Below are positions 28,308-36,188 of a stretch of DNA of 37,717 bases, one piece after another. The stretch covers positions 1 to 37,717 of IMG/VR virus record IMGVR_UViG_3300031836_000033; one strand, written 5' to 3'. Position numbers and translations under genes: made by a program. The notes under the pieces were generated by a model that did not search any database, was not told the DNA's origin, and saw nothing but the letters and a program-made list of their open reading frames with translations. Source of the stretch: a virus (taxonomy: Duplodnaviria > Caudoviricetes). The first letter of the stretch is position 1. Every line of letters begins with the position of its first letter.

Positions 28308-30954
28308 TCATCGCGGATTTGGCCCGGCGACTGCGCAGGTACTTCGCCCGCCAGTCCTCGGTGAATTGATCGTCGGCTGCGACGGGCTCGGCAAAGGTCA
28401 GGGCCAGGGCGTCACCGTCATCGGGTGAGCGGCCTAGCTCCTTCTTGATCTTCTCCTTCTCGATCAGCTTGAGCTGGCCGTTGGAGCTGTACTTGTCGCG
28501 ACTGGCAGAGGTCAGGTCGCCATGCAATTGGTCGTCGTCTGGAATGCTGGGGGTGATGTCGTCACACACCCACTCGCCCATGTCGCCCCACATTTCAGCG
28601 CGCTTGTTGAAATACTTGCGGTCATCGCTGGCACGACTACCAAAATTCACGGCGGTTACGCGGTCGCCATAGCCCAGTTCGACAAGCCGGTCATAGATGC
28701 CAGCCCCCAGCCCGCCGATATCGATGAACATCATGCGGATGGTCTTGTCGTCCTCAAGCATTCGTGCAGCACGACCAGCTACCGCCATAGTGTCGGCGAC
28801 GTTTAAGCGCTCGATGCCCCAGGCAGCTCGGCCTTGGCGATGGATGAATGTCGACGTGTCGCCGCCCCGCGCAGGATCAAGGCCAACAACGTGCGCCCCG
28901 ATACGCTTTACATGCGCCGGATTAACATTGCGGGCCTTCTGTATCTTGAGCGTGCTGATCAGCGCCTTGTGGCCGACCTTGAGGAATGCCATGTCTGGCG
29001 TTGCGGGGTACTCTTGGTTGAACCAGTCCTCGTCGCCCCTGAAGTCGGTGTTGATCTTGGCCTGGCGCCATGCCATCTGCTCCATATCCAGATCAAAGGC
29101 TTCCATATAGTCGCGGTCTTCTTCGGTCATTTCAAAGCCAGCCGGTGCTGGGCGCCGGTAACCCTGATCGATGAACCACGGGATAAAGACAGCCATATAA
29201 TCCGACTTACCTGCTACCGCCATCGTCCACATCGAATGGAACACGTTGCCAAGGCCGTTGGCTGTGGTTTCCATGATGCCCTCGGTACCGGGCTCGAGCG
29301 GCAGGGTCTGCCCCAGGCCAGCCATGATCTTCTCAGCATTGGGCCAGAACGCAGCCTCGCTGTTATGCGTAGCGCCGTGGACTGTGCAGTAAGAGTGGTC
29401 TTCGTGGCCAACCTCGAAGTCCATAACCTCCTGCATCACTGGCTCGCTGATAGCTGATACCTTTAGCCACGCATAGCCGCCATCGATCCGGTAGGCATAG
29501 TTGCCGCCACCTGCCTTGCGCTGATGGTCGAAGCACGGCCTACCTACCTCTTCGGACAGTCTATTAACACCCTCCCCGGAAAGCCTGAGAACGTAAGCGG
29601 CCTGTTCGTTTCGCCCATGACGCACAGCGGCGGGCTTGAATTCAATGCTTGCCCAGCCATACCCGAGCGAAGCAAGCGCATCTCGCATGCCGATGGTAAT
29701 GGCGGACCTTATGGATGTGGCGCTTATTCGGCGGTCGCGCTTCGGCGAGAAATGCCCGTCACCGCAGAGATACCCATGAACCAGTCCTCGGGCGAACTCT
29801 TCGCCGCACTGATTCCACAGCGAAGGCATACGCTTCTCGTCCCTGTATCCGCACAGAGACTCAACAAACGAGGCAAAGCTGCGACCGTAGACGGTGACAG
29901 AGGCTGATAGGCAGTCATCCCGGTACACGGACTTCACTGAGCGGAAGCATTCAGCCAGCGGAGCAAGCCAGGCCTCGGTGCGCTCAACTTCTTTATGGTG
30001 AACGCAGAGCGTAACGGCAGCGGGCTGACCGCCTTTACTCTGCCGAACAATCACGCCTTCAGCCAGGAACAGGCCGAGTACCCGCCCCCAGTTGTAATCC
30101 AGCCGAATGGTATCCGGCCCCTTCTCTCCGCTTCCGCCACCTTGAGGGCGAACAGAGTCTGGCAGCCGAAACGCCTGCTCTTCCTGTCCGCCATTTATGC
30201 TGCGGATCGGATAGCCGATCTCATCGCCCACCGATATGTCGCGCACTTCAAGCCATCCGCGCGGCGTCCAGAACCTATGCTCGTCGGTAGCTATCAAGGG
30301 AAACTGAGTGACGCTGCGCACGGCAATTGTTCTTGCTGGCTTTGACTGGCGGCTTACGAAAGTAACGGGGGCGATATTGCCGTTATGGGTGACAACTGTG
30401 TCGCCTGCGCTCATGTCGCCCATCCGCAGCAGCTTGCCCGTCTCCCCGCTCACGATCAGCGTGTCAGGTGACAGGCAGCCATGCAGAAGCTGAATAGTGT
30501 CAGAGCGACCGGCGTTCTTAGACCCAGCCGTGGCTACTCGGTAGTCGCTGCGCAGATCCCCGAAGCTCAGACTGTTGGCGCTGTCGCTTTTGGATTTAGG
30601 CTTCAGGACGGGATCAGACAGTTCGTGATAGGTCTTCACCATCCCAAACAGGTTCTGCGTGGCCGCATCCATGTGGGTGATGATCTGGCAGCGTGTGCCC
30701 TTGGTCGTCGTGACGCGCTTATAGAACCGCGCAGCAATGTACGTCGAGCAGCCTTGTTGGCGGCCCTTGAGCACCAGCGCACGCACCCAGCCCACCTTGG
30801 CCTTTTGCTCTTCAAGCCGGTTGTGCAGTATCCGCTGCGTATCGTTCCACTCGAGCGGCAGTATCTTGCCGGCCTTGGTGCGTAGCTTCAGGTTGACCTT
30901 GCAGTACAGCTCATCATCATCGAGCAGCCGGGCCAGCATCGCATCGGCACTCAT
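28300..30954 (-). CDS. terL: Terminase large subunit containing an intein (884-aa precursor)
   Basis: AGGA SD before MSADAML; Walker A LKGRQQGCST; Walker B LLHG/SE split by the intein; nuclease VGLDPARG and SPDDGDALALTF. Confidence 0.92.
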   Translation of the reverse strand: MSADAMLARLLDDDELYCKVNLKLRTKAGKILPLEWNDTQRILHNRLEEQKAKVGWVRALVLKGRQQGCSTYIAARFYKRVTTTKGTRCQIITHMDAATQNLFGMVKTYHELSDPVLKPKSKSDSANSLSFGDLRSDYRVATAGSKNAGRSDTIQLLHGCLSPDTLIVSGETGKLLRMGDMSAGDTVVTHNGNIAPVTFVSRQSKPARTIAVRSVTQFPLIATDEHRFWTPRGWLEVRDISVGDEIGYPIRSINGGQEEQAFRLPDSVRPQGGGSGEKGPDTIRLDYNWGRVLGLFLAEGVIVRQSKGGQPAAVTLCVHHKEVERTEAWLAPLAECFRSVKSVYRDDCLSASVTVYGRSFASFVESLCGYRDEKRMPSLWNQCGEEFARGLVHGYLCGDGHFSPKRDRRISATSIRSAITIGMRDALASLGYGWASIEFKPAAVRHGRNEQAAYVLRLSGEGVNRLSEEVGRPCFDHQRKAGGGNYAYRIDGGYAWLKVSAISEPVMQEVMDFEVGHEDHSYCTVHGATHNSEAAFWPNAEKIMAGLGQTLPLEPGTEGIMETTANGLGNVFHSMWTMAVAGKSDYMAVFIPWFIDQGYRRPAPAGFEMTEEDRDYMEAFDLDMEQMAWRQAKINTDFRGDEDWFNQEYPATPDMAFLKVGHKALISTLKIQKARNVNPAHVKRIGAHVVGLDPARGGDTSTFIHRQGRAAWGIERLNVADTMAVAGRAARMLEDDKTIRMMFIDIGGLGAGIYDRLVELGYGDRVTAVNFGSRASDDRKYFNKRAEMWGDMGEWVCDDITPSIPDDDQLHGDLTSASRDKYSSNGQLKLIEKEKIKKELGRSPDDGDALALTFAEPVAADDQFTEDWRAKYLRSRRAKSAMSA
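29362..30477 (-). mobile_element. Intein with LAGLIDADG homing endonuclease (372 aa)
   Basis: Begins CLSPDTLI; block B IATDEHRFWT; LGLFLAEG and VHGYLCGDG; ends MDFEV...THN followed by extein Ser. Confidence 0.93.
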
Positions 30955-31109
30955 GGCTGCATTTCCTGCACATACCAGTTGACCCGAGCAATGGCATCGA
31001 TGACAGCCGCAGGCGTGCTCAGGGCATGCATGCGAAACGTCGCCTGACGCCATACGGCCTCGAGCGAACACGTCTTGTCAGGATGTGGAATGCAGCGCCA
31101 GGTGATCAT
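30951..31109 (-). CDS. Small hypothetical protein (52 aa), not in the ORF track
   Basis: MITWRCIPHPDKTCSLEAVWRQATFRMHALSTPAAVIDAIARVNWYVQEMQP; stop overlaps the terL ATG (ATGA); no clear SD. Confidence 0.5.
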   Translation of the reverse strand: MITWRCIPHPDKTCSLEAVWRQATFRMHALSTPAAVIDAIARVNWYVQEMQP

Positions 31110-31138
31110 CGCGAACCATCGTTGATTAGATGGTCATC

Positions 31139-31166
31139 ACGCTATGTGACTGAATTGAGGGTGCAA
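31139..31166 (-). promoter_or_regulatory. GTCACA-box promoter copy 4 (terL-portal)
   Basis: Minus strand TTGCAC-CCTCAATTCAGTCACA-TAGCGT. Confidence 0.7.
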
Positions 31167-31171
31167 GCGTG

Positions 31172-31195
31172 AAAAAGCCCGCGCAGTGGCGGGCC
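31172..31195 (-). terminator. Intrinsic terminator
   Basis: Minus strand GCCCGC-CACTGC-GCGGGC-TTTTT. Confidence 0.8.
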
Positions 31196-31214
31196 TTGGG
31201 CTTAGATCTATACG

Positions 31215-31595
31215 CTAATGATCCGGATCATTCTCGACTGCCCATGCCTTTGCCGCCTCTTCTGTCTTGTGCGGACCGGCAAAGCCGACGATAGGCAGAG
31301 CGGCCGTCCAGTCAGGACCATCCCATTGGGCAGCGCCAACGTGAACACCCTCATGCGCATCCCATGAATACAGGATCGAATACCATCCCGAGGTGCCAGG
31401 ATAGCCATCATAAACCCACACCATTCCGCTGCCAGCCGATTCCATCAGCTCAACCTTGATGTCGCCATCAAACTCAGCATCAGGATAAACATGCTCCCTC
31501 ACTGCGGCTTCCAGCTTTGCGCGTAGCTCTTCAATCTGTGCGTCTGTCATGCTCAGGCCGTGTAAGTCGACACTGAAGCTGGCGTATACGATCAT
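31215..31595 (-). CDS. Hypothetical protein (126 aa)
   Basis: ATGA coupling at MIVYASF; Trp-rich C-terminal half. Confidence 0.6.
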   Translation of the reverse strand: MIVYASFSVDLHGLSMTDAQIEELRAKLEAAVREHVYPDAEFDGDIKVELMESAGSGMVWVYDGYPGTSGWYSILYSWDAHEGVHVGAAQWDGPDWTAALPIVGFAGPHKTEEAAKAWAVENDPDH

Positions 31596-31900
31596 GTATT
31601 GCCCGCCTTCGCCGTGAATATCTCCTGCCCCGTTTCGGCCAGCACGCATATCCGCAAGTCGTGGCACAGCTCTGGCTGAAGCTCTTCGATATACCCTACC
31701 ATGTCGTGAAGCTCTTCGCCTGGATAAAGGCCGCCGATCTTTCCGGCAATGATTGGCAGCGTTTTACCCTCATCTCCTTCCCATGAATGAACGAACGCAC
31801 TACACAGATACTTGGTCTGGCCCAGCAGTACGGACTGCGCCGCAACACGGCAGTCCTCGCAGTAAATGTATTCGGTAACGAACGATCCGCGCTCACTCAT
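31592..31900 (-). CDS. Hypothetical protein with CxxC (102 aa)
   Basis: Start MSERGSFVTEYIYCEDC after a purine-rich SD; overlaps both neighbours. Confidence 0.65.
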   Translation of the reverse strand: MSERGSFVTEYIYCEDCRVAAQSVLLGQTKYLCSAFVHSWEGDEGKTLPIIAGKIGGLYPGEELHDMVGYIEELQPELCHDLRICVLAETGQEIFTAKAGNT

Positions 31901-32129
31901 CGCCCTTCTCCTTTTGCTCACCCGGATCAGCCCACTCCGCATATTCCATCTGTCGCTCATCATCAGCGAGGTCGTTCAGGTACCGCAGGCAGTGGCCCGC
32001 GTGCTCAAGCATAAACGCGCCTACCAAAGCCGAGTCATACAGTCGATGGCTACCCTGGCGCTCATGCCCCTGTCCTGCCCAATACTTCACCTTGCAGCCG
32101 TCACATACCAATGTGTAGGTTGTGCTCAT
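31893..32129 (-). CDS. Hypothetical possible Zn-binding protein (78 aa)
   Basis: CDGC and HAGHC motifs; abuts the terS stop. Confidence 0.65.
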   Translation of the reverse strand: MSTTYTLVCDGCKVKYWAGQGHERQGSHRLYDSALVGAFMLEHAGHCLRYLNDLADDERQMEYAEWADPGEQKEKGDE

Positions 32130-32705
32130 TCAATTATCCCCGATCAATCGAGCCAGCCGCTGCTCGTACGTCTCTTCGCTGTTCGTCTCGTCCAGGTTGT
32201 AGGCCTGTCGCTCGAGCGCAACCAGGTTCTTGGCTGCCGTGGTCAGGTCGCGGATGGTTGCCGCATGCGTTGGTAGGGAAACGGCCTTGAGCATTCGATT
32301 GCGCCGGTGCGCGCCCTCATCGCCCTTGGTTTCTTCCTCGATGATGTTCTCGATGTCTTCCCGGTTCTGCGCTGCATCGATCATCTGGCCCATCAGCAGG
32401 CTAACCAGATCGGCAGCCGTGCGGATGTCTTTGCGGTGGGTGCGTACTACCATGGCGCCAGTAGCGGCGGCACTATCGAGCACTTCACGGTCTGTCGCGT
32501 TGGGGGTGCGTACCTCACTGCGTACCAGTTCACTGCGTACCGCCTTCCGTACCTTCGCTGACAGGTCTTTGGTCCAGCCGTCGCGCTTGGCTCTCTTGCG
32601 TAAAGCGCCCTCACTGACCCCGTATTCTTTTGCCAGCATACGGTTCGACATCTGATCAGCGCGGTATAGCCGCTCGATCGTGTCCCAGTCAGTCAGATCG
32701 GCCAT
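32130..32705 (-). CDS. terS: Terminase small subunit (191 aa)
   Basis: N-terminal HTH DWDTIERLYRA..LAKEYGVSEGALRKRAKRDGW; C-terminal LERQAYNL. Confidence 0.8.
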   Translation of the reverse strand: MADLTDWDTIERLYRADQMSNRMLAKEYGVSEGALRKRAKRDGWTKDLSAKVRKAVRSELVRSEVRTPNATDREVLDSAAATGAMVVRTHRKDIRTAADLVSLLMGQMIDAAQNREDIENIIEEETKGDEGAHRRNRMLKAVSLPTHAATIRDLTTAAKNLVALERQAYNLDETNSEETYEQRLARLIGDN

Positions 32706-33618
32706 CAGCCTCGCCTCGGTATCCGCGCACCATGGCCATCACTGCTTCATGGCCGGTCATTGACTGCTCGGCGTAATAGAACAGCGTGCCGTCCTTCGAC
32801 GGTATGCGATGCAGGCGATAAGTGCTCAGGGGTACAGTCTCGTACCTATACGTCGGATCATCATCGATAACGCCGGAACAGGACGGCAGCGGGAATGCTC
32901 GCAGATACGCCGGCGGATCAACCACCACCCTACGCTCACCATCACACACGCCCCCGATGAATAGGAGCGTGGCGCCCGGCCTTGGGCCGCTCATTGATAG
33001 CCCCTCCGCCACAATAAGCTGCACGCCGTCGAGCCAATACTGGCCGGGGCCGTAGGTCATAAAGCAGCTTTTCGCCCAGTGGGTGTTTTCACTGCGAAGC
33101 TGGTCAAGTTCCGCCTGGCTAATAGTGTGGGCGCGTGGCTTTTCCCCGGTCATAGCAATAGCCGCGAATCGGCTTATCAATCGCTCCGCAATACAGGTGC
33201 CGCCATTGTTGGCCTGCCACGCAACCATGTTCCCGCGAGCATCGGCCAGCGCGTTATGTGGTAAAGCCGATTCGCCTTCCAGGTTCTGATCGATCTCCAT
33301 AGTGATCGGCGGGTAGGCTATGCGCTCCCCTGGACCGGTGATGAACGCCTCACACAGAAAGCGCAGATCATCCGGCCAGTCGGCAATGACATGGATAGCC
33401 TTGTACTTGCCGATGAAGTGCTGCAGGTCGTATTGCATCTGACGACGGCTTACCGGCTCGATACCAATGATCGGCATGACGTGCTCTGCCACCCATGGAT
33501 GAGGATCATCGCAACCGAGCGACCGATAGAACTCCGCCCCGTCTTCAGCGACCAGGGCCAGGGATATCAGTTCGCCGCCGAAGCTATTGAACTCTGTATC
33601 AATCCACATGCGCATCAC
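32689..33618 (-). CDS. DEDDh 3'-5' exonuclease domain fused to extra domains (309 aa)
   Basis: WIDTEF, ADWPDD and HNALADAR motifs in the first ~135 aa. Confidence 0.75.
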   Translation of the reverse strand: MMRMWIDTEFNSFGGELISLALVAEDGAEFYRSLGCDDPHPWVAEHVMPIIGIEPVSRRQMQYDLQHFIGKYKAIHVIADWPDDLRFLCEAFITGPGERIAYPPITMEIDQNLEGESALPHNALADARGNMVAWQANNGGTCIAERLISRFAAIAMTGEKPRAHTISQAELDQLRSENTHWAKSCFMTYGPGQYWLDGVQLIVAEGLSMSGPRPGATLLFIGGVCDGERRVVVDPPAYLRAFPLPSCSGVIDDDPTYRYETVPLSTYRLHRIPSKDGTLFYYAEQSMTGHEAVMAMVRGYRGEADGRSD

Positions 33619-33968
33619 ACAGCCCTCATGGACTGCCGGCGACCAGTGATCATTACGCCCCGCTGCTCTTCGATAATCTGGCCCATAAACCGCAAAGCCT
33701 CTTCCACCACCTCATGCATGACGTTCCAGGGTGCGTTTGCTTTGCCCTTGGACAGGGTTTCGACTGTCTTGTCCGGACGGGTTGCGCGGATCTCGACGTG
33801 CCAGCGCGGCGCTTTGCTGCCAACAGCCTTCTGCGGCTTGCCCAGGCGCAGCTCATAGTCGCCCAGGCCTTCGACTGTTTCGGTGTGAATGATCAGTACA
33901 GGATCGGTAAACACTTGATCGATGACTGCGCCCTTGTAGCGCTCGGCAATTGCGGCAACGGGAATCAT
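33615..33968 (-). CDS. Hypothetical protein (117 aa)
   Basis: ATGA/GTGA coupling with neighbours. Confidence 0.6.
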   Translation of the reverse strand: MIPVAAIAERYKGAVIDQVFTDPVLIIHTETVEGLGDYELRLGKPQKAVGSKAPRWHVEIRATRPDKTVETLSKGKANAPWNVMHEVVEEALRFMGQIIEEQRGVMITGRRQSMRAV

Positions 33969-34252
33969 GCGCGCAACCTCGACAGCTCATGCGCCTGGCG
34001 ACGATCGGCCTCGGCCTTGGCTGCCTTGCGCGTCTTCCATGCATCGGTGCGGCTTTCTGCAAATCGAGCGACCAGTGGGTGCATGCGGTAGGGGTGCAGC
34101 TCCCCAGGCTGGGGCTGCGGCTCTGACTTACTGCCAATCAGATAGCTGGCCACTCCGTAGGTGGATGCCATTGGGCCTATCTCGCGGGTGACGATATGAA
34201 CCGTCTTGCCGGCCTTCAGTTCACTGGACCGGTACGTCTTGCGCTTTGACAT
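33965..34252 (-). CDS. Hypothetical basic protein (95 aa)
   Basis: GAGGGG SD; coupled to the downstream gene. Confidence 0.65.
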   Translation of the reverse strand: MSKRKTYRSSELKAGKTVHIVTREIGPMASTYGVASYLIGSKSEPQPQPGELHPYRMHPLVARFAESRTDAWKTRKAAKAEADRRQAHELSRLRA

Positions 34253-34270
34253 TGGTTGCCCCCTCTGTCG

Positions 34271-34564
34271 TTATCGTTGTTTTACCGCTTCAATCAGCCC
34301 GTCTTTGCTTCGGGCGCATTCCTTGTAGAGTCCTGCCAGCTCGATGTCGGCCAGGACCAGCTCGCCCATTTCAATCCTGCCGTCTGCCTTGGTCAGTACC
34401 GCCGGCATCGCCGGACAGGGCTGCATCAGCACCTGATCGATCATCACGGTGGCCACGGGCTTCGTTGACGTACACCCCACCAGTAGCAGGTATAAGGCAC
34501 TCTGAATAAATAGGCTCGCGCAGTATCTCGGTGCGCGTTGCTTGGTAGATCGTTCTATTTTCAA
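34271..34564 (-). CDS. Outer-membrane spanin (Rz1-like lipoprotein); start uncertain
   Basis: Lipobox LLLVGC; Pro/Cys pattern (QPCPAMP, YKECAR); overlaps the Rz-like gene in another frame. Confidence 0.75.
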   Translation of the reverse strand: MKIERSTKQRAPRYCASLFIQSALYLLLVGCTSTKPVATVMIDQVLMQPCPAMPAVLTKADGRIEMGELVLADIELAGLYKECARSKDGLIEAVKQR

Positions 34565-34760
34565 CGCGAATACCCCCTATGGCTGCGGCAGTTTCGCCTG
34601 CGACCTTGCCCATAATCTCCCTGGCCAGATCCTCGGCATGCTGGCGGGTCAGTTCGGCCTGCAGGTCATCGCTGTTCTGCTTCCAATGGGTGACCATAAC
34701 GCCTGACCCAAAGCTGGCGGCAGCGATACCCGCGATAATGAGTCCGCGCCAAGGGATCAT
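34371..34760 (-). CDS. Inner-membrane spanin (Rz-like, 129 aa)
   Basis: Start MIPWRGLII; single N-terminal TM, coiled region, PIYSEC motif. Confidence 0.75.
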   Translation of the reverse strand: MIPWRGLIIAGIAAASFGSGVMVTHWKQNSDDLQAELTRQHAEDLAREIMGKVAGETAAAIGGIRVENRTIYQATRTEILREPIYSECLIPATGGVYVNEARGHRDDRSGADAALSGDAGGTDQGRRQD

Positions 34761-34963
34761 CACTTCAATGACTCCTGCTTGACCGTTCGAGCCACTGCAG
34801 CAGAGACGGCTAGCGCCATGGATAGGCCGGCAAACACGCCTTGCGGCACTACCTGGCTGAACAGCGGCAAAGCCAGCTCGGCGGCCGTCAGCGCGGCAGA
34901 CAGCAGCGCCAGGCGGATACTCCAAAACTTGGGCGCGTCCTTGATGTCGTCGATCAGCTTCAC
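34760..34963 (-). CDS. Putative holin (67 aa)
   Basis: Two TM segments, KFWSIRL N-terminus, basic C-terminus; between endolysin and spanins. Confidence 0.65.
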   Translation of the reverse strand: MKLIDDIKDAPKFWSIRLALLSAALTAAELALPLFSQVVPQGVFAGLSMALAVSAAVARTVKQESLK

Positions 34964-35346
34964 GGGTATTTTCTCCGGTCCAGCTCGTAGTGGGGTCCAT
35001 CCTTAAAGCTCTTCCAATCGCCACCCCAAACCATAGGGATCTCAAGCGACTGGGCCGCCCGCTTCATCGCATCAGCGATCTTGTAATACAGCGGCCAATC
35101 CCAGCTAATGCCGGCGCCAATATAAGCAACAAGGTCGACAGCGTGGCCGGTTATGTGTCGACTGTTCATGGTCTGACTGGCACCTGCCGACTTGAGTACA
35201 CGTTGCCGCTCCACTGTGCGCAAACCCTCAGTAACGCCAAAATCCACATCAGTCAGCGTAATAGCCAGCATCACAACCTTAACCAGGTCCGGATGCACGC
35301 CTTCAAGTCGTGACAGGCTGCGCTTGCTCAACTTGAATCTGCTCAT
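34960..35346 (-). CDS. Endolysin, M15 family peptidase (128 aa)
   Basis: EGLRTVERQ, SRHITGHAVD and WGGDW...DGPHYEL motifs. Confidence 0.9.
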   Translation of the reverse strand: MSRFKLSKRSLSRLEGVHPDLVKVVMLAITLTDVDFGVTEGLRTVERQRVLKSAGASQTMNSRHITGHAVDLVAYIGAGISWDWPLYYKIADAMKRAAQSLEIPMVWGGDWKSFKDGPHYELDRRKYP

Positions 35347-35762
35347 TACCTTTCCCCTCGGTCATACCAGCCTGATTCGGTTTCAATCCAGTTCAGCCGC
35401 CGCTCGATAGCAACCAATGCCTCGGTATTGGACTTGATGTTGTCCAGGCGCTCGAGCGTGTACCACTGCGCAAAGGCGAATAGCAGCGCTCCAACACATA
35501 CCGCGCCACGGATAAAGCTCATCGCGCCTTTTAGCTTGCTGTCGGTTTGTTCGCTCAGATCCTCGTTCGACCTGATATCCACGAACGCCCGATCGATTGA
35601 GAGCCGGTTCTGGTCGCTCTGCTCTTGCAAGCGGCCGAGCTGGACCTGCATAGCAATAATTACATCCACTTTTGCGCCAAGCTGCGCACCGAGCTGGTCT
35701 ACCGCACGGGTAAGGCCTGCTATCTCGCCCTTAAGCACCTGAATGTCTCCGTCCACTGACAA
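35346..35762 (-). CDS. Coiled-coil single-TM protein at the head of the lysis cassette (138 aa)
   Basis: TTG start after AAGGA; heptad region then a hydrophobic segment; TAATG coupling to the endolysin. Confidence 0.65.
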   Translation of the reverse strand: MSVDGDIQVLKGEIAGLTRAVDQLGAQLGAKVDVIIAMQVQLGRLQEQSDQNRLSIDRAFVDIRSNEDLSEQTDSKLKGAMSFIRGAVCVGALLFAFAQWYTLERLDNIKSNTEALVAIERRLNWIETESGWYDRGER

Positions 35763-35858
35763 TCCGGATTCCTTACCAAGCCCAGCGGCTTGACAGCAAA
35801 ACAGTGAATGAAAAAGGGCTCATATCTCGGCGCGCCTCGGTGGATAACTGATGCTTGA

Positions 35859-35886
35859 AAGCTATGTGACTCAATGGGACTTGCAA
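35859..35886 (-). promoter_or_regulatory. GTCACA-box promoter copy 5 (lysis)
   Basis: Minus strand TTGCAA-GTCCCATTGAGTCACA-TAGCTT. Confidence 0.7.
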
Positions 35887-35908
35887 GAGCAGATCAGTCA
35901 CATTGAAT
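35881..35908 (+). promoter_or_regulatory. GTCACA-box promoter copy 6 (divergent)
   Basis: Plus strand TTGCAA-GAGCAGATCAGTCACA-TTGAAT, sharing TTGCAA with copy 5. Confidence 0.6.
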
Positions 35909-35936
35909 GACAAGCTCATAACCAAGGGGTACACCC

Positions 35937-36188
35937 ATGAGCGCAATCGACAACATGCCAGATGACACATTCATGGCCGTCACCGAAGCCCTCGGCATTG
36001 CCGGCGAGGCTATGGACGAACATCAATCGGAAACTCTGCTGATCGTGTCGCTGTCATCCGACGGCAACAACGCCATCCTCGGCGGCAAGATCAACGAAGA
36101 ATCGCTTGAGCAGTTGCGCAACCTGCTCGATGAACTGGAAGAGAAGGCGGACAACTCCGAGGGCGAAGTCCTGCACATCTGGACCTAA
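35937..36188 (+). CDS. Small highly acidic protein (83 aa)
   Basis: AAGGGG SD; 19 D/E versus 3 K/R; fills the gap between minus-strand genes. Confidence 0.75.
   Translation: MSAIDNMPDDTFMAVTEALGIAGEAMDEHQSETLLIVSLSSDGNNAILGGKINEESLEQLRNLLDELEEKADNSEGEVLHIWT

Noticed and set aside
30955-31071. Cys/His-rich N-terminal extension of TerL in the ORF track
   Set aside because: A better start with SD exists at 30954, and another frame coupled by ATGA occupies this stretch
35839-35847. DnaA-box-like TTATCCACC in the lysis leader
   Set aside because: Single 8/9 match with no origin context
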